Shown in pieces: positions 44,351 through 53,417 of a stretch of 64,000 bases of DNA. The position numbers were made by a program, and so were the translations under genes. The stretch lies in IMG/VR virus record IMGVR_UViG_3300045988_114464, positions 1 through 64,000 of that record. One strand, 5' to 3'. The notes beneath the pieces are model-generated. The model saw only the letters and a program-made list of their open reading frames with translations, had not been told where the DNA came from and did not search any database. The stretch is from a virus. Within the stretch, counting starts at the first letter, position 1, and every line of letters begins with the position of its first letter.

Positions 44351-46174
44351 TTGGAAAAGAAATATACTTTCGCGGTAGACGATATTCAGCGTATTCAAGC
44401 TGACGATTATGCAGAAGATGAGTTTTGTTTGGCGCGTCTTGGCTTTCTAAGCACACGCCCTAATGCTCATGGACTAATTATTTCTGAAGAAGTGCTTCGT
44501 GAATCTGCGCCAACCATTCTCAATAAATGGCTTGTGGCAGATATGACCGCAGTATATGACGCTTCTACTCACACTGATAAAGAACAGATTGTCGGACGCA
44601 TTCCAGACAATCAAGAAGTAGAATTTGTTGAAGATGAAGATGGCTATCTACGAGCATATGTAGATGTAGTTATTAGTAAAATCTACGCTAAGAATTTTTG
44701 CGAAATGTTTGAACGAAACAACAATCGTTCAGTTAGTGTGGAAATGATTACTTGGGGAACTGAAGAAAATGAAAATGACCTTGTAGGCTTTCGTATTGTA
44801 GGCTGTACTGTTTTGGGTCAGTCAGTTAGTCCCAGTTGTCCTCAATCGGATATTACTTTTACACGCTTTTCAGCCGAAGAAGCTGATAGTTTCTTTGCAC
44901 AAGCTATTGGTGGACTCACCGATTTAACTAAATTTGTGAATGAAAGGAAACGCGCTATGGCTGATAAATCTTACAAAGTAGATAAGTCCAAAGAAGCTAT
45001 GTCGGACGATAATTGGGGTTCTGTTGACAAGACTTCAATGCGTAATAAGATTATGGACGCTTCTAACAAATCCAGTCTTGTAAAATCAGTTTACGCACTG
45101 GTTGAGAGTGGATGGGAAGAATCTCCATCCGAACATCTTAAATATCCAATTATGCAGTTAAAGGGCGACACGTTTGTTTATAATCGTGGTGCGCTATCTT
45201 CTGCGCTTGGGTACGCTAAAAAAGAAGAAGAAACCGCAGTAGTTTCTAAAATTGAAAAGATTTATAAGAAACTTGGTCTTGACTCTGAAGGAAAGGAGGA
45301 AACCGAGAAAATGTCTAAGGAAATTAAATTTGCCGCTGTTAACCTTGACAATCTATGGAGCGCTTTGCGCTCTGCTATGAATGACCATTCTTGGTATTAT
45401 TATATTGACGGTATTTATGAAGAAGATAATCAGAAGTTCGCTATTATTATTGATGACAGAGATGCAGTTAAGAAATATCGTCTTGATTTTAATTACACAG
45501 AAGATGGTCTAACCGTTGCTGATGAAATCACTGAAGTAAAGGTTGATTTTGTTCCTACTGAGAACATAAAGAAGTTTGCCGAACCAGAGAACGCCGAAGA
45601 AGTCAAAAAGTGCGCCGAGCCTGAGAAAAAGGAAGGCGAAGATGGCGATGACGGCAAGGACAATAAGAAGAACGCAGACGGTAAAGCCGAAGGTGAAGAG
45701 GGCGATGATAACGAAAAGAAGAAGCTATCAGACCCAGAGCCAGCAAAAATGTCTGTAGAAGAAATGGAAAAGAAACTTGCTGAACTCCAAAATGATGTTG
45801 AAGAAAAAGAAAACATCATTATGGAAAAGGATAAGAAGCTATCTGAGCAAGAAGCAGAACTTTCCGACCTTCGTGAGTTCAAGGCTGGTATTGAGAAGGA
45901 AGGTCTTTCTAAGGATGTTGAGAAGGTAATGGCAGACGTTAAGGACTTTATTGATAACACTAAGTTTGCCGAACTGCGCGAAGAAGGTCTTGCTTGTGAT
46001 ACTACCAATTTTGATGCGTGGTCTAACAAGGTTAAGGCTACTTGCTTCTCTGCTATTCAGAAGAAGGGGCTAAAGAAGCAGACCAATACTGTTTGGTCTT
46101 TCTCTGCACCAACCGAAACTGAATCGAATGTACCGACCGATTTTTGGTCACAAATGAAATCAAAATATAACTAA
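44351..46174 (+). CDS. prohead protease / scaffold fusion candidate
   Basis: Globular N-terminal third, then a long acidic coiled-coil region (EKKEGEDGDDGKDNKK..., EEMEKKLAELQNDVEEKE). Located between the portal and capsid genes. Confidence 0.4.
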   Translation: MEKKYTFAVDDIQRIQADDYAEDEFCLARLGFLSTRPNAHGLIISEEVLRESAPTILNKWLVADMTAVYDASTHTDKEQIVGRIPDNQEVEFVEDEDGYLRAYVDVVISKIYAKNFCEMFERNNNRSVSVEMITWGTEENENDLVGFRIVGCTVLGQSVSPSCPQSDITFTRFSAEEADSFFAQAIGGLTDLTKFVNERKRAMADKSYKVDKSKEAMSDDNWGSVDKTSMRNKIMDASNKSSLVKSVYALVESGWEESPSEHLKYPIMQLKGDTFVYNRGALSSALGYAKKEEETAVVSKIEKIYKKLGLDSEGKEETEKMSKEIKFAAVNLDNLWSALRSAMNDHSWYYYIDGIYEEDNQKFAIIIDDRDAVKKYRLDFNYTEDGLTVADEITEVKVDFVPTENIKKFAEPENAEEVKKCAEPEKKEGEDGDDGKDNKKNADGKAEGEEGDDNEKKKLSDPEPAKMSVEEMEKKLAELQNDVEEKENIIMEKDKKLSEQEAELSDLREFKAGIEKEGLSKDVEKVMADVKDFIDNTKFAELREEGLACDTTNFDAWSNKVKATCFSAIQKKGLKKQTNTVWSFSAPTETESNVPTDFWSQMKSKYN

Positions 46175-46194
46175 GTAAAGGAGATTAGATAATT

Positions 46195-46746
46195 ATGGCT
46201 ATGAATCATGCTATTCTTGATGGTAGTTCTACCATGTACTGGGATAATGATGCCCTAAACATGGCTGGCGTTTGCGCTACCACCGACCTCGATAATGGTC
46301 AGCTTGTTACCCTAAAGAAGATTAACCGTGTTACTGGCACTGGTGCAGTGGAGGGCTTTGAGTACGAAGTAGCTCCTGCTGAAGCTGGCGCTGACAACGT
46401 ATGGATTGTTGCATCCCCAGAAGTGGGCTATGACCTTGAGTCTCAGCTTCACGATGACCCGCGTTACTTCTTCAATCCGAAGGGTAAGGCAATGTCTGTT
46501 AAGGCTCTTATGGGCGGTGTAGACGTAATTAAGGTAACTAAGGAAGTATTTGCCGCTAACGCACTTCCTGTTGCTAGCGATGTTGATAAGTTTATTCCTG
46601 TTGCCGCTGATGGTAAGTATGGTGCTGTACAGGCAGAAGCACCCGCTTCTGGCGCTTATTTCCGTGTAGAAGGCTTTGGCGCTTTCACTTGCGGTATGGA
46701 AGAAGTACCTGCTGTATACCTTCGTTGTATGGCAAATTATCACTAA
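46195..46746 (+). CDS. head-associated protein (decoration/auxiliary candidate)
   Basis: 183 aa, immediately upstream of the capsid gene. Assigned by position only. Confidence 0.3.
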   Translation: MAMNHAILDGSSTMYWDNDALNMAGVCATTDLDNGQLVTLKKINRVTGTGAVEGFEYEVAPAEAGADNVWIVASPEVGYDLESQLHDDPRYFFNPKGKAMSVKALMGGVDVIKVTKEVFAANALPVASDVDKFIPVAADGKYGAVQAEAPASGAYFRVEGFGAFTCGMEEVPAVYLRCMANYH

Positions 46747-46767
46747 TTGAAAGGAGAGTAGATATAT

Positions 46768-47697
46768 ATGATTATGAATCCTGAACTCGTAAAGTTTGCG
46801 GCTGATTCTCAGACTGGTTTCTATGATGCTGCTATGCGCTATTTCTGCGATGGCGAAAAGACCGCAGATAACAAGGAACTAATGCACAAGGCTTTTATGG
46901 CTGAAGTAGAGCACAAGTCTCACTTTGCTCGTGAAGGTCTTGACGTTAATGCTTGGATTGGCAACCCGTCTGTTTCTTGGGCGGCAATGAGTATCGTTGA
47001 CTCCACCATCCGTGCAATTATTCCTGTGACCATTCTACCACACTTTAATCTATTTGCTGATTTCCGCACCCAAGGCTTTGGTGATATTACCAAGTTTACT
47101 ATTCAGCCACGTTCTTTCTATGTTGTTTCTAAGGGCGGTCGTGCGGAACGTACTTCTTTCCGTCAGAGAAAGTTCAATTCTGATGTTACTCTGACCCCAG
47201 AAGAGCACATTATTACTATCTTTGAGAAGATGTATAATGTACTGTCTGGTCGTGTAAACATTGCTGACTTCATGGCATGGGTAATGCTGTCTGTTCAGAC
47301 CGAGATGTACACTGACGCTCTGATTGCTCTGAACGGCGGTCTTGCTACCATTCCAAACGGTTCTCTGAATGTAAACGGCGCATTTGACATGAAAACTCTT
47401 GTTAAGATGTGCGAAACTGTTCAGTACCGTAACGGTGGCGTAAAGCCGATTATTGCTGGCTCTGCAACCGCTCTAATGAACGTACTACCAGATTCTACTT
47501 CTGGCTATCGTATGAACGTAGATGGTGAAGGCAATGGTTCTATCGAACTACTCCGCAATATTATGGGTTACACCGTAATGAAGCTGGATAATGCTGTTAC
47601 TAAGGCTGGTGAACTGATTCTGCCTGATGATAAGATTTATGTTATTAGCCCATCTCAGGATAAGCTACTGAAGGGTGACTTATGCCCTGCTTGTTAA
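46768..47697 (+). CDS. major capsid protein, exon 1 (the ORF reads on into the intron)
   Basis: 309-aa ORF in the capsid position. Its last few codons (about 47677-47697) are probably intronic. Confidence 0.55.
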   Translation: MIMNPELVKFAADSQTGFYDAAMRYFCDGEKTADNKELMHKAFMAEVEHKSHFAREGLDVNAWIGNPSVSWAAMSIVDSTIRAIIPVTILPHFNLFADFRTQGFGDITKFTIQPRSFYVVSKGGRAERTSFRQRKFNSDVTLTPEEHIITIFEKMYNVLSGRVNIADFMAWVMLSVQTEMYTDALIALNGGLATIPNGSLNVNGAFDMKTLVKMCETVQYRNGGVKPIIAGSATALMNVLPDSTSGYRMNVDGEGNGSIELLRNIMGYTVMKLDNAVTKAGELILPDDKIYVISPSQDKLLKGDLCPAC

Positions 47698-48997
47698 GTG
47701 ATTAGCAAGTATTTTGCGTTAAATGCTTTGAATCCCTAAAGCCTACAAAACTCAAACAGTAATTGGAAACGATAAGCTGTGTAGTTACGAAAGTAGAAAA
47801 AATTTGTAGGATATTCATAAGGTTAAATCCTAAGTGAATGTAAATGGGTCTTTAGCAAGGAATGTCCTAAGTATAATATTGACTATTATTGCAAAGTATG
47901 CTATAATATATTATATATGGAAAACCTTCAACGATTATCTCCTTATGGGAGAGTAGGCTACAAGCTAATGGTAGTCGAAAAATGCAACTCTTATACATTA
48001 TAAAAATTTTTAAGAAAGGAGGGAAAAATATGTTAGTCCCCAATCAATATATTACTGTTAATTGGCATCCAAGAAATAAAGTACATTTGGAAAGTAAAGG
48101 ATATATTTACACACACATTGGTCTACCTGTTCAAGTTAAAGTTGAAGATATGATGGCAGGTTCAAAATGCAGAGTAAAAGTACAATGCGATTATTGTGGA
48201 AAAATATATACCAAGGTATATAAAGATTATTTTGCTCAAAGACAAAACGGAAAAGATTGTTGCGCTAAATGTGCTTCTAAAAAGCGAGGAGAAACCAATC
48301 AAGAATTGTATGGCGGTAATGCTCCTGCTTGTTCTCCTAAAGTTGTAGAGAAAATGCAAAAATCTTGTTTAGATAAATATGGCGTTAAAGTGCCTTCTAA
48401 ATCGTCAAAGGTAAAGGCAAAAATGAGAGAAGTTAATATGGAACGATACGGTTTCCCTGTTCCATGCCAAAATCCAAGTGTACGCGCTAAATTTATTGAA
48501 ACAAATCAAAAGCGACATGGTGGTAATGGAAGTCAATGCAATCCAGAAGTTCGTAAGAAAACCATGCAATCTTTTATAAAACATGGTACGATTTGTTCTT
48601 CTGAACCAGAACGCGAAATGGTTAAAAAATTACAAAAGCTATATGGTTCTCAGAATTGCTTTCCACAATATTTGCTTGATAAAATTGTGTTTGATTGTTT
48701 GGTTATTGTTAATGGTGTCAAAATTGATGTAGAATTTGATGGAAAATATTGGCACAAAGACAAACACAAAGATATTCGGAGAGATTATTACAGTTTTTCT
48801 CAAGGATATAAAGTATTACGCTTTAGTGGGGATAACGATGCCCCTACTGAAGAGCAAATTCAACAAGGAATAGACTTTTTGGTGACAACCACTCACCGCC
48901 ATTTAATTATTGATGTATAAGATGAAGATATAATCTGGACTCATATGAAAGTATGAGAAGTTTAATTTATAGGGGATTAAACTGGACGGACGTTGCG
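47680..48997 (+). mobile_element. group I-like intron 1 carrying a homing endonuclease gene (boundaries approximate)
   Basis: Splits the capsid ORF. Its noncoding blocks 47717-47790, 47843-47876 and 47917-47982 are homologous to blocks in intron 2. Internal promoter TTGACT 47879-47884 / TATAAT 47902-47907. Confidence 0.65.
48030..48920 (+). CDS. intron-encoded homing endonuclease (Vsr/DUF559-like C-terminal nuclease)
   Basis: AAAGGAGGG SD. C-terminal KIDVEFDGKYWHKDKHKDIRRDYYSFSQGYKVLRFSG. Repeated modules of about 30 aa of the type YG..P.QNP.V..K. Paralog of 53588..54505. Confidence 0.7.
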   Translation: MLVPNQYITVNWHPRNKVHLESKGYIYTHIGLPVQVKVEDMMAGSKCRVKVQCDYCGKIYTKVYKDYFAQRQNGKDCCAKCASKKRGETNQELYGGNAPACSPKVVEKMQKSCLDKYGVKVPSKSSKVKAKMREVNMERYGFPVPCQNPSVRAKFIETNQKRHGGNGSQCNPEVRKKTMQSFIKHGTICSSEPEREMVKKLQKLYGSQNCFPQYLLDKIVFDCLVIVNGVKIDVEFDGKYWHKDKHKDIRRDYYSFSQGYKVLRFSGDNDAPTEEQIQQGIDFLVTTTHRHLIIDV

Positions 48998-49156
48998 AAT
49001 CCGTTTGAACACACTCGTGTAATGACTACAACCCTATCTAATTCTAACCAGTTCTACGATAATGCAGACCTAACTACTAACTTTACTCAGCGAGTAGAAT
49101 GGGGCTTCATGTTCGCAACTTCTGCATACGCAGGTGTCTACACTATCAACCAGTAA
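48953..49156 (+). CDS. major capsid protein, exon 2 (the true exon probably starts near 48998)
   Basis: This frame is open from 48926. The C-terminal ...NPFEHTRVMTTTLSNSNQFYDNADLTTNFTQRVEWGFMFATSAYAGVYTINQ has no SD or start context of its own. Confidence 0.5.
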   Translation: MRSLIYRGLNWTDVANPFEHTRVMTTTLSNSNQFYDNADLTTNFTQRVEWGFMFATSAYAGVYTINQ

Positions 49157-49198
49157 TAATTGGTAATCGAAATTAAAGGAACGAAAGGAAAATATAAA

Positions 49199-49834
49199 AT
49201 GGCTGAAACTAAGTCCACTGGGCGTGGTCGTCCAAAGAAGGTAGAATCTACTGAAATTGAAGCGCAAGCGCAGATGCAAAATGTAGAAGCTGAAAATGAC
49301 GCGCTAAAGAAGGAACTTACAGACATTAAGGCTCAAATGCAACTGCTGATGAGTTCTATGACTGCGCCTTCTGTGCCAACTCCTACTAAGAAAAATGAAC
49401 GTCTTATTCGTATCGTTAATATGACTAATGGTATGGCGGTGCTTCGTGGTTCTACTATTTGGAAGATTGACGGTCAGTTTAATTACCAAGATTTCTTGGA
49501 AACCGAAGCAAGTATTATTGTTGCTAATATGAGTAATATGGTACGTTCTGGTAGTATCTATATTGACGATGAACAGTTCCGTGCAGACCACAATCTAACG
49601 GACATTTATCGTTATCTACTTAGCAAAGACCAACTGCAACATCTACTGGATAATGACCCAAAGTATGCTATTGAAGCATATAAGGGCGCTAATGACAATC
49701 AGAAGCAGATTATTCTTGATATGATTTGTGATAAGTTGGATAAGGGGCAAGAAGTTGATGGTAATATTCTTATCACTCTGTCTAAGCTAAGTGGCAAGGA
49801 CTTGCTTGAAATGCAAAATGCCAAGGAGGAATAA
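49199..49834 (+). CDS. hypothetical protein with AT-hook-like N-terminus
   Basis: MAETKSTGRGRPKKVE. Start re-called at the ATG after AAAGGAA. Confidence 0.5.
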   Translation: MAETKSTGRGRPKKVESTEIEAQAQMQNVEAENDALKKELTDIKAQMQLLMSSMTAPSVPTPTKKNERLIRIVNMTNGMAVLRGSTIWKIDGQFNYQDFLETEASIIVANMSNMVRSGSIYIDDEQFRADHNLTDIYRYLLSKDQLQHLLDNDPKYAIEAYKGANDNQKQIILDMICDKLDKGQEVDGNILITLSKLSGKDLLEMQNAKEE

Positions 49835-49837
49835 CCA

Positions 49838-50275
49838 ATGGGTACTCCTTTTGACCGTGTAGAAGATTTGGCTACACGAAAAGTACATGACTGGAAACTT
49901 GGCAAAATCTATAATCGGTCACTTGAAGGATACAATGCTTGGTGTGATGGCTTTCTGTTAAATGCTATTCCAAACTTTGCCAATGATTGTTGGCAAAGTT
50001 TGGAATACAATGAAGAAACTCGTGAGTTTGTATCTGACCTTACACCTACTGAGATTGATATTCTTGCTTGTTTTTGGGTGCTTGAATGGTGGGAACGTGA
50101 AACAAATGATTCGGCGCAAAACGCCGCAAAAATGCAAACATCTTCGTTTAGTACACATTCTCCTGCACAGCATATGAAGGAAGAACAAGTGATTATCAAC
50201 ACAAAGCGTGAATCAGCATATCAGAAAATCAATGATTATCTGGTGCAAGACCTTGATAAGATTGGAGGTCTATAA
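49838..50275 (+). CDS. head-completion/neck module protein (by position)
   Basis: 145-aa ORF. Confidence 0.4.
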   Translation: MGTPFDRVEDLATRKVHDWKLGKIYNRSLEGYNAWCDGFLLNAIPNFANDCWQSLEYNEETREFVSDLTPTEIDILACFWVLEWWERETNDSAQNAAKMQTSSFSTHSPAQHMKEEQVIINTKRESAYQKINDYLVQDLDKIGGL

Positions 50276-50523
50276 TGGATAGAATTGATGAAATCTTCAA
50301 TGTGCTTGTTCAATATGAAAAGGCGATTGATGATAATGATACTTCTGCTACGCTGGATTCTTACCTTAGTTATGTAGATAAGCTATATGTACGGTATTTT
50401 GGTCAGAACCATAGCGATATTAGTGCTTATCTAAAAGGATTGTATTTACTGGGTGCAGACGCACATCATGATACTGTAAAACGAGTAGTATTTGATATTA
50501 TCCATATTCTTGAAAAGGAGTGA
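50275..50523 (+). CDS. hypothetical protein (neck module by position)
   Basis: 82-aa ORF. Confidence 0.4.
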   Translation: MDRIDEIFNVLVQYEKAIDDNDTSATLDSYLSYVDKLYVRYFGQNHSDISAYLKGLYLLGADAHHDTVKRVVFDIIHILEKE

Positions 50524-50527
50524 GCCA

Positions 50528-51796
50528 ATGGCTAACAAATTTTTTGAGAATGAAATGGCTATGGGTATGTGTATGACTCCCAATGACGCATATAGAGGGG
50601 TACAACAAGCCTTTATTGATGACCAGTGGGAAAATACTGCTGTCGAAACCATTGTAGAAGAACAAGATTACATTGGTGCAGATACCTACCATAAAGTTCA
50701 TGTGTGGATGAATAAGGTTATTGGCACTACCACTACTTTTATGAAGAATGGTACTGATTATCGTTCACTAATGTACAGAGAGTTAGATTACTTTCCAGAG
50801 CGCGGTACTTATTTTAAGTATGATAACAACTACTGGATTTCTGATTTCGTAAATCCTTCTGATGGTGTAGTGGGCGGCAATACTATTCGCCGTTGCACTA
50901 ACTTTCTCAGAATTATCGACCCAGAAAACGGCTCAATCTTTACTGTTCCATGTGTACTTGATTACGATATGACTTCACCTTCAGTGCAAGTATCAAACGC
51001 CATTATTACACCAAATAACCATGCGATTGTTATTGTTCAAGCCAATCCAGATACTATGCGTTTGTTTACATACAATAAACGTTTTATTATTGGTGGGCGT
51101 GCGTTCAAATTAACCGCATATCAAAATGCGCTAATGGCAAACGTAGAAGAAAAAGAACCAACTATTCTTTATCTTGATTTGTCACTCGATGAGTTGCATG
51201 ACGGTGATGATTTGGTACATCAAGTAGCTAACAATGGCGCTTATGATTACGCTGTAGTTCTCAATCATTCTGACTTTGCCGTTCCTGATGCTATTGAATC
51301 GCTTGATATTGTGGCTTGCGTTACTCTTAATGGTGAGCAAGTTGACAGACCTATGGTATGGAGTTCAAGTGACACTGCTGTTATCACAGTTAATGGCGGA
51401 AAATTACAAGTTGTTGGGAAAGGTGTAACCACTATTAAGGCACAGCTTAAAGGTAATTATGATGTTTACGCTGAAGTTAAAGTTACAGTTGCCGATAAAC
51501 AAGAGATTGTTCCAGTTGTAACAATGGAAAACGCATTCGATAGTATTAGGCAGTTTGAAGTTAAGCACGCACAATTTAGCGTCAATGGCGAAAAGCTAAC
51601 TAATCTTATATGTACACTGGATAAGGGTGTGACCAATAATAAGGTTTTACGTCTATCCAGTGATGGGACAATTATGACTATTGAATGTATCAATCCATCA
51701 AAAGACGTACAGACATTGTATGTTGAAGGTGATACAGAGAGTTACGGTCATGTATCAGCACAATTTAATATTAAAGCACTCAGTATGATGGGGTAA
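50528..51796 (+). CDS. structural protein with C-terminal Ig-like (Big_2-type) domain(s)
   Basis: Start after AAAAGGAG. VWSSSDTAVITVNGGKLQVVGKGVTTIKAQLKGNYDVYAEVKVTVA fits the Big_2 pattern. Confidence 0.5.
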   Translation: MANKFFENEMAMGMCMTPNDAYRGVQQAFIDDQWENTAVETIVEEQDYIGADTYHKVHVWMNKVIGTTTTFMKNGTDYRSLMYRELDYFPERGTYFKYDNNYWISDFVNPSDGVVGGNTIRRCTNFLRIIDPENGSIFTVPCVLDYDMTSPSVQVSNAIITPNNHAIVIVQANPDTMRLFTYNKRFIIGGRAFKLTAYQNALMANVEEKEPTILYLDLSLDELHDGDDLVHQVANNGAYDYAVVLNHSDFAVPDAIESLDIVACVTLNGEQVDRPMVWSSSDTAVITVNGGKLQVVGKGVTTIKAQLKGNYDVYAEVKVTVADKQEIVPVVTMENAFDSIRQFEVKHAQFSVNGEKLTNLICTLDKGVTNNKVLRLSSDGTIMTIECINPSKDVQTLYVEGDTESYGHVSAQFNIKALSMMG

Positions 51797-51805
51797 GGTG
51801 ATAAT

Positions 51806-52372
51806 ATGTATAACAGTATGAAAGCGTTACCTCAAATTCCATATAACATTTTAACGTATTTGGCAAAAAACGATGAAATTATCTGGAAACTGCTAAAGTA
51901 TAATAGCTACGATGCTTTAAGCAAACCAGACCTTACTTTTGCAGAGAAGTTAAACCTTATTTGGAAAACTGGGGCACAAGCAGATTATAGCATCTTTCTT
52001 ACTCCCCTTGTGGAAGATGTTATGGCTGAAAGCAAGTGTATTTTGAAAATTTATGATTATTATATTCATGCCAAAGAATTGTATGTGGCAACACCAGTAT
52101 ATGCGTTTGATTTCTTGTATGGCGGTCAAATGTCTTTGGTAGAATATGAAAATATTCCTGTATCTCGTGGAGATTTGTTTATTCACCGCGCTATGGCTGT
52201 GCTTAATGGCGCATATGTAGCGGGTATTGGTAAACTAACCTTTAGTGATGATATGTCAAGATACAATCTTGCACGAAGCACTATAGGAAATAGTAAAACA
52301 TTTACAGGCGTTCAACTTTATATGAGTACGCTTGTGGGCGATTCTGGTAAGGATGTTGCTTGTGGCGATTGA
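51806..52372 (+). CDS. hypothetical structural-module protein
   Basis: 188-aa ORF. Confidence 0.45.
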   Translation: MYNSMKALPQIPYNILTYLAKNDEIIWKLLKYNSYDALSKPDLTFAEKLNLIWKTGAQADYSIFLTPLVEDVMAESKCILKIYDYYIHAKELYVATPVYAFDFLYGGQMSLVEYENIPVSRGDLFIHRAMAVLNGAYVAGIGKLTFSDDMSRYNLARSTIGNSKTFTGVQLYMSTLVGDSGKDVACGD

Positions 52373-53195
52373 TTTACAATACCTCAAAGAAGTATATTTT
52401 GCTTACGATGAACCAGTCCCCTATAAATGTAAGGGGGGTAACACTATTAACATTATTCCTGTTGATGTAAAACATGGGCTTGTTTTTCAATCCAGTGTTG
52501 ATATTATAGCATTTGACAAAAATAGTGTCAATGATGCAAAGGTAATTTCTATGAGTTATCTTGAGTTTATTATTGGTATGATGGCTGAAGCGCCAGTTTT
52601 TGTCCAAAAGTTTGTCAATATTTTGAAACTTTGTTTAGGGTTAGAGCATCCTGCGATAACTTTTAATGAACAAACTAACAAGCCGTTAATAGTGGATGAA
52701 GAAGCAGGAATAAAAATTACTCACAAAGATTTTGAAGATATTCGGAGAATTATTCTCTACCAGAATATTCCAAAATATGATGATGAGTATATTAACCCAG
52801 ACTTGAAAAAAGCAATGGAAGAAACTGATAGGCTGAGAAACAAAGATATTGATATGCCGACTTTTGAGCGAAAGTGTGCAATTATTACGGCTCATTGTGG
52901 CTTATCCAAGAAAGAACAGCTTGAGATGACGTTACGTTCTCATATTATGCTTTTTGACGAAGTTTGCGGCGAAATTGAATTTACAACGGTTCGTCCCGTG
53001 GCACTTTTTGGTGGCAAGGGTAATGAACTTGAACATTGGATTTTCCATAAAAAGAAGGGTAAATTCGATGGATACATTACAGAGAAAGACCAGCTTGTTA
53101 AGCAGATGGGTGGTGAAGGTAGCTTCACTAATGCGTCTACTGATACAAGTCGTGGTGATTCTCTGGAACAATTATTTAATCAAGGAGGAAATTAA
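52332..53195 (+). CDS. hypothetical structural-module protein (start uncertain; GTG at 52362 is possible)
   Basis: 287-aa ORF. Confidence 0.45.
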   Translation: MWAILVRMLLVAIDLQYLKEVYFAYDEPVPYKCKGGNTINIIPVDVKHGLVFQSSVDIIAFDKNSVNDAKVISMSYLEFIIGMMAEAPVFVQKFVNILKLCLGLEHPAITFNEQTNKPLIVDEEAGIKITHKDFEDIRRIILYQNIPKYDDEYINPDLKKAMEETDRLRNKDIDMPTFERKCAIITAHCGLSKKEQLEMTLRSHIMLFDEVCGEIEFTTVRPVALFGGKGNELEHWIFHKKKGKFDGYITEKDQLVKQMGGEGSFTNASTDTSRGDSLEQLFNQGGN

Positions 53196-53198
53196 AGT

Positions 53199-53417
53199 AT
53201 GGCTTCTGCTAATATTTTCACCGCTGGCCCTGCTCGTGCGCTGTTTTTCTACGGTCAGGACTTGATTGGTGTTGGTACTACTCTAAGTGATACCACTTTC
53301 GATTCTTCTATCACCGCCGAGGAAGTACGCGGTGGTCAGGGCAACCTGCTCTACGGTCAATACTTCCATGATTCTTCACTGACCGTTTCTATTACCGATG
53401 TAACTTGCATTGCTTAA
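53199..53417 (+). CDS. major tail (tube) protein candidate, exon 1
   Basis: 72-aa ORF ending just inside noncoding sequence homologous to intron 1. The protein continues in 54720..55604. Confidence 0.5.
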   Translation: MASANIFTAGPARALFFYGQDLIGVGTTLSDTTFDSSITAEEVRGGQGNLLYGQYFHDSSLTVSITDVTCIA

